NCBI GenBank assembly: GCA_028534125.1
Contig: CM052816.1
Coordinates: 38,256,001 to 38,320,000, forward strand
Length of the DNA: 64,000 bases
Direction: 5' to 3'
From: Lama glama
Taxonomy: Eukaryota
Position 1 is the first letter of the stretch. The number at the start of each line of letters is the position of its first letter. The position numbers and the translations under genes are program-made. Positions 39,476-53,200 of this stretch are shown here, piece after piece. The notes under the pieces were generated by a model. The model saw nothing but the letters and a program-made list of their open reading frames with translations. It had not been told where the DNA came from and did not search any database.

Positions 39476-40017
39476 TAGCCAAGACATGGAAACAACCAGA
39501 GTGTCCACTGACAGATGACTGGATAAAGAAGTTGTGGTACATTTATACAATAGAATACTACTCAGCCATAAAAATACAATAAAATAATGCCATTTGCAGC
39601 AACATGGATGGCCCTGGACAATGTCATTCTAAGTGAACTAAGCCAGAAAGAAAAAGAAAAATACCATATGATATCACTCATATGTGGAATCTAAAAAAAA
39701 AAAAAAGACAAATGAACTTAATATAAAACAGAAAAGATTCACAGACATAGAATACAGACTCGTGGTTGCCAGGAGGGAGGGGGGCAGGAAGGGAAAAACT
39801 GGCAGTTTGAGATTTGCAGATACTGACTGGTATATATAAAATAGATAAACAAGTTAATACTGTATAGCACAGCAAAATACATTCAGCATCATGCAGTAAC
39901 TTATGGTGAAAAAGAATAGGAAATTAATATATGTATATCCAGGTATGACTGAAGAATTGTGCTACACACCAGAAACTGATACAACACTGTAAACTGACTA
40001 TACCTCAATAAAAAAAA
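39476..40017 (+). mobile_element. Young 5'-truncated L1 (camelid-like), end of ORF2 plus 3'UTR and poly-A
   Basis: tagccaagacatggaaacaacc...atgccatttgcagcaacatggatgg...aaactgactatacctcaataaaa(A)n; 15-bp TSD aagatgcgatttccc (39461-39475) / aagatgtgatttccc (40018-40032). Confidence 0.95.
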
Positions 40018-40199
40018 AAGATGTGATTTCCCAAAATATAAATACATAAAAATGCACACAGAGTCTATCAGTGAACATGATTACATAAAATATAAACCAT
40101 CCACAAAAAGCATAATATAAGTTGGACAGAGGAGGGCCAAAAAAAAAAAGGAGTTAGACAAATAAATTTGAGATAAGATTTAGAACATTCATACACCAG

Positions 40200-40400
40200 A
40201 ATATGGTATCTGTATTTTTGCCTTAACTTTTGCTAACAGTCATGTTATACTTGGGACCTACTCCTCCCTCTGGCAGAATTGTTAATTAAGTCCTTTTCTG
40301 CCAGAGGGAAGTTACTTGACCCATTCTGGTCAATCAGAGTACTCAATTTGTGTGACCTAACAGAATCAATCAGAATTCTTTATCTAGAATTGAAAATGTA
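40200..40400 (+). mobile_element. Old MaLR LTR 5' part (MLT1K/L-like), interrupted by L1
   Basis: cttgacccattctggtcaatcagagtac...gtgtgacctaacagaatcaatcagaattc repeated-unit motif; an LTR-like 3' end resumes at about 42305-42453 (ttatgtgagtcc...tgcaactaaaataca). Confidence 0.5.
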
Positions 40401-40404
40401 GACA

Positions 40405-42302
40405 TTTTTTCCTAGGTTTATTGAGATATAACTGACATATATCTATATGTTTAAGGTATACAACATTTTGATTTAATATACATATATTGCAAAATGATTA
40501 CCACTTTAGCGTTAGTTAACACCTCCCTCACATCACATAATTACCAATTCTTTTTTATGGTGAGAATATTTAAGATCTACTCTCTAAGTAACTTTCAAGT
40601 ATACAATACAGTGTTATTAACCATAATCACCACACTGTAATAAGATCCCCCAAACTTATCCATCTTATAACTACAAGTTTGTACTCTGACCAACACATCC
40701 CCATTTCCTCCACCAACACCACCATCCCCCTCACTCCCAAGAAGCATCATTCTATTGTTTCTATTAGTTTAGCTTCTTCAGATCCCACATATAAGCCAAA
40801 TCACACAGTATTTGCCTTTCTTTGGCTGACTTATGTGACTTAGCATAATGCCCTCAAAGTCCATTCATGTTTCCACAAATGGAAGGATTTCTTTCTTTCT
40901 CATGGCTGAACAGCATTCCATTATGCATATACACCAAATAATCTTTATCCATTCGCCTGCTGACAGACACTTAAGTTGTTTCTATATCTTACATCTTGGC
41001 TATTGTGAATGCTGCTTCAATGAACATGAAGTGCAGATATCTCTTTGAGAACCTTTTCATTTCCTTTAGAGATACATCAGTAAGTGGGGTTGTAGGATCA
41101 TGTGGTAGTTTTATTTTTAATTTTTTTGAGCAAGTTTCTACCGTTTTCCATAGTGGCTGTATTAATTCACATTTCCATGGATAATGCAGAATGGTTCCCC
41201 TTTCTCCATATCCTCCCCAACATCTGTTACCTCTTTTTTCCCTTATAAGAGCCATCCTAACAGGTGCCATTTGATGTCTCATTGTGGTTTTGATTCACAT
41301 TTCTCTAATGATTAGTGATGTTGCACAACTTTTCATGCACCTCTTGGCCATATGAATATCTTCTTTGGAAAAATATCTACTTAATTCCTTTGCCCAGTTT
41401 TTAATTGGATTGTTTGCTTGTTTTTTAGTATTGAGTTATATGATTTTAAATATATTTTATACATTAACCTCTTATGAAATGTATAATTAGTAAATATCGT
41501 CTACCATTCCATAGGTTGACTTTTAATTTTGTTGATTGTTTCTTTTGCTGGGCAGAAGCTTTCTAGTTTGATGTAGTCCTACTAATTTTTCCTTTTGTTG
41601 TTTTTGTTTTTGGTGTCATATCCAAAAGAATCATTGCTAAGACCAATGTCAAGGAGCTTTTCCCTATATTTTCCTTCAGGAGTTTTACAGTTTCAGGTCT
41701 TATGTTTAAGTCTTTAATCCATTACAAGTTAACTTTTGCACGTGGTGGAAGATGGAGGTCCAGATTCTTCTGCTTGTGGTTATCCAGTTTTCTTACCACC
41801 ACCTACTGAGGGGAATGTCCTTTTCCCTTTGAGTTTTCTTGGTTGTCTTGTCAAATACTAGTTGACTGTATATGCAAGAATTTATTTCTGGGCTTTCTAT
41901 TCCATTCCATAAGTATATTAACCTATTTTTATGCCAGTATCATTATACAGCTTGTACTACAGTTTGTAATCAGAAGTGTGATGTCTCTTGCTTTGTTCTT
42001 TCTCAGTATTGTTTTGGCTATTTGGGGTCTTCTCTGGTTCCAAGCAATTTTTAGGATTTTTTTTTCTATTTCTGTGAAAAATGCCATTGGAATTTTGATA
42101 CAGATTGCACTGAATGTATAAGGTGGCTTGGTGTAATATGAATATTTCAACAATATTTTCTTTCAATCCATGAACATGGGTAACTTTCCATTTGTTTGTG
42201 TCATCTTCTACTTCTCTCATCAGTCTTGTAGTTTTTAGTGTACAGCTCTTTCAACTTGCTTAAATTTATTTCTGACTATTTTATTGTTTCTGACACAGTT
42301 GT
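40405..42302 (-). mobile_element. LINE-1 (L1MA9-like) 3'UTR and ORF2 C-terminal region
   Basis: ORF 40989-41282 (APVRMALI...RCWGGYGERGTILH...IQPLWKTV...KLPHDPTTPL) and ORF 41929-42153 (IKIPMAFFTEIEKKILKIAWNQRRPQIAKTIL) are clear L1 ORF2 remnants. Confidence 0.95.
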
Positions 42303-43514
42303 GTCAATAGGCATAATTCTCAATGATATTAATCTAATTCTACTTTAAGGGTCACAATGCCCATATTTAAACTTAGCAATTATGTGAGTCCATATATTTT
42401 GTCACTGATTAATCTGTTTTGAGGTCAATTTTGACCTTATGCAACTAAAATACAATTGTGCACATGAATGCATGAAGATGAACGGCAAAGGTAGCTAAAG
42501 TTGGTAGAATTGTTTATACACATTAGTGGGTGAAAAGTGCACAAGTCATGAGCAGAGAAACTACATAGAAAAATCCTGAAGAATAAATAATAAGATATAG
42601 AGAAAATTATGTTTAAGTTGGTAAGTAAACTAAGTAGAAGTGTAACAGACTCATACTTCTATATACATTTTTAAAAACATAAATACATTAAAAAATAAAA
42701 ACCACCTACAACTTTATTACCTAATGAAACCACTGCTGTCATTCATTAATATGTATCTATATTTACCCATTAATATAATTAACCACATTCCTATCTTGGG
42801 ATATTCTTAAAGCTTTTATTTTTCCCTATTAAAAGTAGTATTGTAATAAAGGTACTTTATTTCTATTAATTTCTTTGAAGTTGATTACTAAAAGAGAAAT
42901 TTTTCAATCAAATGTCAAACTTCTTTCAGATGACAACTGGAAAGATGAAAATAATACAATGTTATTATGATTTAGTTTTTCTTTCATTATTATAAAGGTT
43001 AAATTTTTAACATCATCGGACTTTTTTTCTTCAAGAGTTTTTTTTTTACTTGTGTGAAAATCTCTTAATATATTAGAGGTATTGACTTTTGGCCTATTAC
43101 ATTTTATATGTTACAATATTTTCAGTAAGGTTTCCTTTGCTATTTTATTTACAATTAGTTTTTATAAAGAAGAATTTTACATTTTGACTTGTCATATTGG
43201 AGTATATGAGTAAAACTCAGGGCTATAAAAACAGAAATGAAAGAAAAAACCTGAGCAACCAGAGGGAGGGGAAAAGGAAAATCCTGTAAAGCTTAGAAAA
43301 GAGAAAGAGAAAAATGACCTGAAATAATGCCAGGATAGCTTTGGGCACTAGATATTGCCATGGGCAGTAGAAAGTGATTAAAGAGGGGGAAAAATGAAGC
43401 AGTAGATGGCAGTTGTGACCATTCTGAAGTAAATATGACTTTTCAAAAAATATTGGAGAGATAATTATAATTAAGAGTGTAACTGAATTACTCTTTCAAA
43501 AGAAAACAATTTTA

Positions 43515-43640
43515 TTTCCTGTTCCTTTTCCCTCTCCCCCCTTTTTTCTTCCCCACCTTCCTTCCTTCCCTCCTCTAGCTCTCATTTCCCAGACTTCTCC
43601 CTTGCCCACTTCTATTCCTTCACCTCTTGCTCCTCCTTCT
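43515..43640. repeat. CT-rich low-complexity tract
   Basis: About 120 bp of almost pure pyrimidines on the plus strand. Confidence 0.7.
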
Positions 43641-44799
43641 GTACTCCTCCTCCTCATTACCCCAAAGGGCTTTGTATGGTGAATTGTGTACTGCCTTAGA
43701 TCTGAGAATAGATACTGTATATTATGATTTTATGGCTGTGTTTGCTTTATGGTCTGTCATCTGTATATCTTAGATCTGAACTCTTTCTCTGACTTCTGGA
43801 ACACATAAAGGGGAGAAATGAAAATCTTGAGTTTTCTTATGCAGGTAGATCTAGACCCTTGGTAATTTTTCTCTTAATTCATGTATCCCGTTAAAGACTT
43901 GGCTGTTCTTACACAAATATTCTCACCTTCATTCTATTCCAATACTCATTCTTATTTTATAATTGTCCCTAATGTAAATTTTGGCACAAGCCACTCAGTA
44001 CAAACTTTAACAATTTATATATTTATAGAAGTTCATTCTTCTAAAGCCTTTTCTATAAAGAAAAACCCATTCAAAGACAATATATCTAATTTGATTCTAA
44101 CACGATTTTAGATTTTGCTCACAGGAGGTAAAAGCTTTGGTATGGTTCCAAAGTAAATGCATTAAATCCCTCCTAGAAAATTTATATTCCCCTGCTTTTG
44201 CACATTTCAACTTATGTCATTTAGAATTGCTCTATATATTTAATTAGGGATGCTAATTGATCTCAACACATTATTTATAGAAAACACCTTTAGCCTACAA
44301 AGTTTCATTGTAATTACTTATTAAGATGTTACTTGCATTGTTCATAGCACCTTAGCTGGTACAAACTAAAATAGATGTCTAATTGACTTTTCTCTAAATC
44401 TTTTTTTTAGGCTCACTTAATTCTTAATTTCTACAAGAGTATTGTAACCTTCCAGGGCAAAGATAAATTCACAGTATATTATATATAAAGAGTATTCTTT
44501 TTCTGTTTTTGTAAATGTTGGATTCATAGTATTTCTGTCACTACCATTTGAAACTTTTTCAGAGTGTAATTGATTTTACTGTCAAAAATGTTTTTATGGC
44601 AATTGATACAAGTGTCTCAGGGCCAAAAGAATGATATATTCTTTCAAAAATCAGAAGGATTTGACTCTAATCATAAAGACATTTAGATGTAAGTTGTCTG
44701 ATTCATGATGTGACTGCAGAACTTAGTTGGTTCTCAGTCTTCATGCCAGTAAAACTGGGAGAGGTGAGGAAAGATATTCATTAGGAGAAGCAAGCAATG

Positions 44800-45040
44800 T
44801 TAATCCTAAGAATCCACAGACACTGGAATTAAGTTTGCATACATTTCTTCCACTTAATGATTGTGTGACTTTAACAGATTCATTTTGTGATCTAAGATTA
44901 ACCTGCATTTATTATAAAATAGTAATAGTGACTTACATGTCTTAAAAAGGATGTGTTAAATGCAAATACCCATAAAGAACTTAGCACAATATCTGGCATG
45001 TGGTAAATTTACAATAAGTGATAGCTATCATTATTATTTT
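44800..45040 (+). mobile_element. MIR SINE
   Basis: ttccacttaatgattgtgtgacttt...tataaaatagtaatagtg...taaagaacttagcacaatatctggcatgtggtaa...caataagtgatagctatcattattatt. Confidence 0.75.
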
Positions 45041-46067
45041 CATTCTATATAAAATAAATGTTAAAAAAAACCCAAAACAACCATATCATTGACTACTTTT
45101 GTCTGTAATCCTTTAGATAGGAATTTATTAATGGATAATTGTGATATAATCCAAGCTGTTAATACATCTTCAAGAGCTATTTAAGATAACAAATTTTACA
45201 TTATGTCCTGGTATCCCTCTTTTCAAGGTCACTAATCTAATAAACAAATATTTTATTTGATTATTTGCATTTTATAGGCAATAAGAACATACATATTCTC
45301 CTTTATACTGATCTTATTGTATTATCCTGACTGCGTGGTAGAGTTAAGAAGCAGGTAAAACTTGCTGGCCCATTCAAACAGGATATTCAAGAGGACATTT
45401 TAAAGGTCATTCATTTTGGTGGGACTTTAGGTTTTAACACTCTTAAAAATCAGATACTTCTCAACTAAGAATTAAATGTCTCTAAAACATGGGTTGACTG
45501 CCTGTCAATGCTCATCTTTTTAAGTCAACTAGTCACTTTCATACTAGACAATCCAACCTCTTGGGGTCTCAACTTTCGAAGTTCACAAGCTATTATGAAG
45601 TCACTATTGGAAGAAAATATCAAACCTAATTTGGGGTGATCTTAAGGTCATCTCTCTATAAAAGAAATATGATTTGTTTTGGAGGAAAGATAGAAACTGG
45701 ATTCCTAAACTGGCACAACAAATATCAAGTGAGCCTGTAGTGCACATATAAAATCAACAACACACTGACTGATATCACAACACTGGTGCCACTAACTGAA
45801 TGTACTTTTACAATCCTGAGCAGCCTGCTTACATGTGGCTCATAGACATGGTCACAAATATGTGAATTATTTCTTCTTCCTTTTTCACTAAGGTCTTTTC
45901 ATCTGTGTGTAAGACCCTCAGAAGCAATATTCTTGAAAAACACATATCATTAAATACCTATATTTTATAAAGTGGCATTATAAATAATGAGTGAAGGAAA
46001 AGGCATAAAAGTTTTGTTTGTTTGTTTGTTTTAAGTATCTCCTATAAGCTGTTTCTCTGTTGGGCGC

Positions 46068-46436
46068 TGCTTTAGACTGAATGTTTGTGTCTTCCCAGAA
46101 TTCATGTGTTGAAACTTAATCCCCAATGTGATGGTATCTGGAGGTGGGGCCTTTGGGGTGATTAGGTCATGAGGGTGGAACCTCGATGAATGGTATTAGT
46201 GCTCTTATAAAAGGGATCCTAGAGATCAGCTCCCTCTCCCCTTCTACCAAAAGAACAGAGTGAAAAGATGGCCATCCATGAATCAGGAAGCAAGCTCTCA
46301 TTAGACAAGTTGCTGAATCTGCCCACACCTTAATCCTGGACTTCCCAGCTCCAGAACTATGAGAAATAGATTTGTCTTGTTTATAGGCCACCTAGTCCGT
46401 GGTATTTTGTTAAAGTATCTTGATTGGACTAAGACA
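46068..46436 (+). mobile_element. ERVL-MaLR solo LTR (MLT1A-like), nested in a MIR
   Basis: tgctttagactgaatgtttgtgtc...ggaggtggggcctttgggg...ggactaagaca; 5-bp TSD ggcgc (46063-46067) / ggcac (46437-46441); antisense MIR sequence continues at 46441-46550. Confidence 0.92.
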
Positions 46437-49024
46437 GGCACCCTTTGCATAATCTCTCCCTTAACACAACAGCCCTCCAAGGTAAGTATTACTATATTCA
46501 CGTTATCACTGAAATCACTGAGGCAGAGATTAATAACTAGCTCAGGTTGAAGTTTTTCTTATCCTCGATCCTGTGATTTTTTTAATCATATGTAATAATA
46601 TGTAATCATATTTTTTAATCATATGTAATAATATTTTAAGACTCTTTCAAAAAGGCTTTTATAAATGTCATTGAGATAGACTGAAATGAGTATAAATGTA
46701 GGAAATCCATTTTTGTCAAATTTTTTATATGTCCACATATAAAAGCTTTTATAATTTTGCATTTCTCATAAATTAATTCTATATTTTACATATATTACAG
46801 GGAGATTTGTATAAAAATATAATGTGTGCCTTTAACACACACATACGTATGTGGACACTTCAAAGATAATCAAACATACTTTGATTTGGAGAAATACTGC
46901 AAATATATGTAAGGGCTGCTATATCAGATCCAATCCCTTGTAAATAACTAAGATGGAATTGTTTAGAAACCAACTTTTTTTTTTTCATTTTTAAGGAATT
47001 TTTGTTTCGTAGCACCATTATTCTCTCAGTTCTCTATCTTCTCCTGGTTGCTCACCATTCACAGTGATGTCTCCAAAGTTTGCTTAGACTCCAAGGAATG
47101 AAATATTTCCCTTGGCTATTGTTTACTTTCTCTGGAGGTGACACCTTATAGACTACACTCCCTAGGCCATTCATCTAACTTGGACTCATAATAGCAGCTG
47201 CTAATCAAACACAGTGGAATCAACTTGGAATCAAAATGTGCTCTCCTGTGTAGATTACGCCTCTTTACACCAGCTTCTAAAATAATGGAGAAAATCAAAA
47301 GGGCTTATTACCTGATAACTATTTCAAAAGCAATTATTTTCCATTTAATCAAATAATTTTGAAAACAGCTTGAATTATGTGCTTGTTGTGAATTTGAAAA
47401 TTACTGCTTCTCTTCAATCCATCTGCATACAACTCTGAAGTCTGTAAGTATATAACATCACACTCTAATAAGAATCTCCTACAATATCCAGAGAAAAGAT
47501 GCTTTCTAAAAGCTCCTGCATTTTGTAGCTATGGGTCTGCACAAGCAAGAGCACTGTGATTACTTCTGCAAGGAAGAAGGCTTTTTCATCGCCCAGATAC
47601 ACATGCTGGTAATATGTTTATAGAGGCTTTTATGTATCGCCTTTCTTATTTTGGGTACAAAAGATCTTTCTACTTCCTAAAATGGCCTGGGAAAGAATAT
47701 GGGGAACAGACCCTTTTAATCTATTAGAGAAACATCTTGTTCTGAAAATTAACTAGTTAGGGGCATCGTGATATTCAGGAGAACTTGTGGCTGATCAATC
47801 CTAACATTACCTTTTCTTTGGAAGTTATTCTATTGCATGAAGGACACAAAAATGCATGACAGTACAGTTTATCATATAGATGTCCAAACTGAAAAAATTT
47901 ATATAGCTTAGGAAGATGGTGCTTAAAATCTCAAAGAGTTTTTCATGACAGATTTCAGTTATACAATTTGTTATCAGGTACGAGGCAGCAGAGAAGTGTT
48001 AAAATTAAGAAGCACCACCAGGATGACTGGAAGAGAAATAAGGCAGAATGACTGCATATCAGTATTGACTCTCCTGGCTCCCCACCACCAACACTCTCAC
48101 ACATGTCAGATTAAATCAAATGACAGTTCCACTAAGGAGGGAGGGGATGGCATAAAAGTGCTGCATTGTTGAGGGGCTGTCCTTTTTATCTTGCCTTTAT
48201 TTCGTGTGACAAATGCAGAGTTAGATGTGCCTCCAGTTGTATTGTTCTTGTTACTGTTAATTGTTCTTCTTCCTTCTAATTAGCAAATCTGTATTGAGGG
48301 CTTACTGTGAGAAAACTAAACTTGGCACTTACGAACATCATAGGATACTGAATTAAAAGTAATACTCAAATAACTGCAATTTACAATAAGCATAAAAAAA
48401 GAAGAAAAATGAGGCTAACAATAGAGAAGGGGAAAGAGATGTTACTGTCAGGTAGCGTAAGATGCCCTCGCAAAGAAGGCACATTTCAGCTAAGTCCTGA
48501 TGAATAAGCAGGACCCAGTCACATCTCTACTGAGACACTTCACTGGGATCTATTCCTAGGAGCACTGTGAGCAGAAGGAAGCTCTCCAAGCCTGGATCTC
48601 TATCTGTTTTACTCAGTTCGGAGCAGTCAAGCTTAATTATTCAATTGACTTAGATTATCTTCATTGGGTTTCTTTTTCCATAGGGTATATATCATGACAC
48701 TTTGCCCTAAAAGTCTAACTCCTCTTGACTTGGGACTGGGCAAATCTAGTTTCTCAAACAGTGAGAAGACTCCATAAACACATCCAATATCTCAGTCTCT
48801 AGGATACATGATGAATTACTGAATGTGCCAGAGTCCTGCTATGAGTCCTGTATTTAGTACTGCAGGTTATGTTCATTTACTTCAAGATAATATATTCTTC
48901 CCACTCCAATCTCCCCTTGCCCTCTCCTTCTTTCCTTGTATTTTATCATGTGCATAAAGGAATATAAAGCTGCCTCCATAATCTGTTTTTATTTATTCAG
49001 ACTTCTTTCTGTACATGATCATGA

Positions 49025-49250
49025 GGATGGCAACTAATATTTATTGAATGTTGACTGTGCCCCAGGCAGAGCTAATTACTTAATAAGCATCATCTCAATA
49101 TTCCTCATATAAATCCTATGAGGTTGGACTTGCTATTATACCTATTTAACAGAAGAAGACGCGTTTTGGGCATTTATCCAAAGTGTCAGAGTTATCAAGC
49201 AAACAGTCCAAGAGTAAGACCTGCCCATCCAATTCCAGAGGCTGCACCCA
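49025..49250 (-). mobile_element. MIR SINE
   Basis: caactaatatttattgaatgttgactgtgcccaggca...cctatgaggtt...attatacctatttaacagaagaagac. Confidence 0.7.
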
Positions 49251-50136
49251 AAAAAGAAAACTGTGACATTTATCCAGGCAGTAATTTCTAATGCTGATTT
49301 TGAATAGGATACTGTGGAATTCATATCTTCCCTAAGATCTTTATACTACAAAGGAAAAAAAATATGGCATTGGTAAACTAATGAAAATATCACAACAAAG
49401 CTCTCTATGAAGGAAAATATATGAAATATAAACACTTAATTTTATATATACATATATACTACATGTGCACATATACACACATGCGCATATATACAGATAT
49501 ACATATGCATATTCCAATACCCTTGCCAAAAAAAAAAAAAAAGAAACAGAAAACCATCTAAACAATGGGGTCATCTTCTTGGAATAGAGAGAGATGGCTT
49601 GGAATTCTTAGGGAACAGACAGCTGATGAAGCAAAAAGCTCTGAAACTTCTGCCAAGCCTGGCACTAAATTCTGCTTTGATAACCCTAGAACAGAGGAGT
49701 TACAAGTTCTCTCTCATTGCAACATTTTGCCATGTTCCAACATGTTGCCAACATTTGCCAGTCCATTCTGCAAGCCTGCCAATCTTTCACAAAGCTCTCC
49801 ATTCAATTTAAGGGAAGAACATAGATGATGATGCAAACAGCATTACAGCTAATACATGAAAAGATTCAGAAGAAAGAAAATATAAACTGATTCCACAACT
49901 TCCATAGTCTTAACAAGAAAGACATCACTCAATCAAATGAGCATTTACCACAGCCTTGACAGCCAGAATCTGAAATAGTCACTAAACATTTTTGCACAGC
50001 CTATTAAAATATAAGTTCTCTTTCATACAATTAAAATGTGAATGTAACTTCAGTTTTCTAGTATTAATTAATAAAGTGTTAATTATACCATAATAAATGG
50101 CCTCAGCAGACAGGTGAAGTCATCTAGAGAGTTTGT

Positions 50137-50200
50137 ACAGAATGGTGGTTAAAGATGTGGATTCTGGAGTCAGAACTCCTGGATTTAAATCCCAGGTGGT
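50137..50200 (+). mobile_element. MIR SINE head fragment
   Basis: ggtggttaaagatgtggattctggagtcagaactcctggatttaaatcccag. Confidence 0.65.
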
Positions 50201-53200
50201 TAAGTCTTACTCTCCTGGGACTGCTAACTGATGGGTACATTTTTAGTACAGTACATAATTTTCTCTAATAACACCGGGCTTTTGACACACAGCCCAATTG
50301 AAAGGGCTCTGTTCTATGACCAAGCTGTTCCTGTTATACCTCAGATCCTCTCAGATGAATAAATGGGATGAAGGAGATGCTGAGTGGAAAAAGTATAACT
50401 TAGATAGATAACATATGATACAGAGGATTAGAATTGGGTGCCAACTTGAAGACACAAAAATAAAGAAATAGAAGCTACTGTTAGTATAGACACTATTCTA
50501 TCCTTCCCTCATGCCTTCTCTCCAGATGTTTTTTCTACATATAGATGAACTTTATGATGAAAAAAAAGTTGGACTCACTATGCATTAGCCAAATATATTC
50601 TTGTCAATAAACAACTTCCAATAATAAACTTGTTTATGTATTATAGAATTATCCCTTTTGTGTGTAACCAACCATCTGTGACCTAATAATTTTCAAAAAA
50701 ATTCATGATTAAATTACTACTTAAATATTATCTTTTCTTATGTGAAGTACTAAGCATTGGCTAAGGAAAGATATTTTATCCAACATTATTTAAGTAATCC
50801 CATTTTAGCTGAACTAATTTAGAATGAGGCCTTCATTATACCAGCAGAGAAAGAATTGTGCTGAGAATCTAATGTTATTGATCTATGTGAAAATTACACT
50901 GTGAGGCTCCCCTTAATTGTATGCCAAAATGTAGCTGGCTATAGAGGATATTTATTGTCAACTTCCACTGCAAGATGTTTTACTACCAATATTAAATTCA
51001 AGCTAAACACAGAAATATATACCTGTTCAGAAAATAGGCCAACCATATATAGCAAGTATTAATTTATATTTGAATGAATGCAAATATAAAAATTATTTTG
51101 ACACAGTGTTCACTTTGAGGCACTCAGAGACCATTACAATATATCATGTCTGTCACAAAATAATGCAGTTTACTATGTTAACAACAGAGTAACAATAATA
51201 TATGAAAAGTGAATATCCCTTTTTATCACAACAAACATTATTGGCTGTTGTATCTAGATTCTGTAGTGCTTCCTCAAATAAATCTGAACTCACTCCTAAA
51301 TTATAAATATAATTTAAATGAATTATAAATATAATTTAAATATACATTTCTTTAACAAATACTACAATTTATAGTTTAACTTAAATATAAATTTAGAAAG
51401 GTCTCTACACGAAAAGTTGCTATTTTAACTGTTATTACTCTTAATTTTTCTGTTATTTGTTACTGCCTTCAAGTAGGCAAGCTTTACATTATTGTGAAAA
51501 AACCCTGAGGTGTTAGCATCATCACCACGGCACAACAGTGAGGTTGTTTTAAGAAACAGGATTCAGATAGAGCTATATTCCTTATGCAATATTTTTCTTA
51601 AAAAATTAATTACTGAAAAAAGGTTTTGAAATTAGGCATGTATCACTGTGTATGTTTCCAAATGATTTAATTAGAAAAGGGCATCTCTAAATGGTAGGTA
51701 GGCAATAGATCATATTTCTAAAATAAGTCAGAGACAGTCTCTGCTATGGTTTCATTCCTGAGGTATATATGACTTGGAACTGTAAATGCATTGTTCAGGG
51801 ATTATTTATTCTGGCTACCTATCATTAGTTGATTTAAGATTAAAAGCTAAGAAAAAAGGGGAGTCATTACTGCAGCAATCATATTTTAGAGTTTACAGGA
51901 CATGAAGCAGTTTAATATGAAATATCTAGACTCAGGTTCTGATTCAGTTACTTTCCAAGCTTATTTATTTTTGTAATTTATCAGGCATCAGGTAAGTTTC
52001 TAATACATTCTTAAAACTTTAAGAAGATATTAATGATGCATCTCTGAAAGCTACTTTTTATTACAATAAATAAACCATATTATTTTATTAATTTTTTATT
52101 TTATATATAGAACATAAATCGAATTAACATTGCACCATTAGTCACATTTCAACTGAATTGGCATTACTTACTTGAGTATTGATCACAACATCCTTTCTGG
52201 TTTCCTGACACACAATATAATTGGCATTTGGGCCAAAACCCAATTGGAGACAAAAGTTAATTCTAATTGTCCTTGATTGATTTCAGCATTTAAAGCAGGC
52301 AACAGTCCAATTATTTTGTGACTTTTTTTGATCTTCAACTCCTTCTAGGATGAAGCTTTTCAGGTTATTATTATTATCACTTTTATTAATATAGACTTTT
52401 TATTTGAATATGGTAGGATTAATAAAATACACTATTTTAAAAAAATAATCATATGATGACAAAAATGTGAAAGCATATTTAACGCCTTTCAAGCCAGCAA
52501 ATAAGGGATTAAAAACATTAATAACATAAAATTTAATACTGAAAGACAAGCCACAATCTTGGAAGAACTGAATAAAGTGTTAAGGCTGATGAAGTTTGAT
52601 TGGAAAAAAAAAACAGCAACAAAACTACTCAGACTTAAAGTCCATGAGTCCATCCTATACTCAGTTCACAGAAGTAAACTAGATTATCTAGAAAAAAAAA
52701 TTATATATATAGATAGATAGGAAGATACGTCTTCAACCCCATCTGTTCTCTGATTCAGGGACCATATAAATGAGAAGTGTGTAGCTATTCTGTCTCCATT
52801 TCAAGCTACCATCCCCAAAACATGTACGTGCAGATCCCCACATTAAATTCCAAATAATAACTTGGTGAAAATAAGAGTGGTAGAGTGATAGTCATCACAT
52901 TTTTAATCTCTGGAGGTGAATTTTTCATAAAAATTCATAACAGTATAGGAAAAAGTAGAAATTCTAATTTTTCATGTAACTCTGTAATGTGAAACAAGGT
53001 ATGGGAGGTAGAAGAGGTAAGAAGTCATTAAAAAAAAAAGGTCTGTTTATAAACCTAAACTTGCCTTGGAATTGAGCCCATCGATTTGCTTTCCAAATAT
53101 CCACCAAGGCATCAGCAGTAAGGCCAAAGATAACCTACTCACTCTTACCTTTGTCAAATACTTAGCCTAGTATTATTACCTCATATTGAGTAATGAGTAT

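Noticed and set aside
46576..46637. Local tandem duplication (ttttttaatcatatgtaataatat); similar one at about 51297-51341
   Set aside because: Ordinary AT-rich slippage duplications; two copies, no repeat-spacer structure.
47140..47276. Minus-strand exon after ttctccattattttag
   Set aside because: Plausible acceptor but no good donor, and the translations are unrecognisable.
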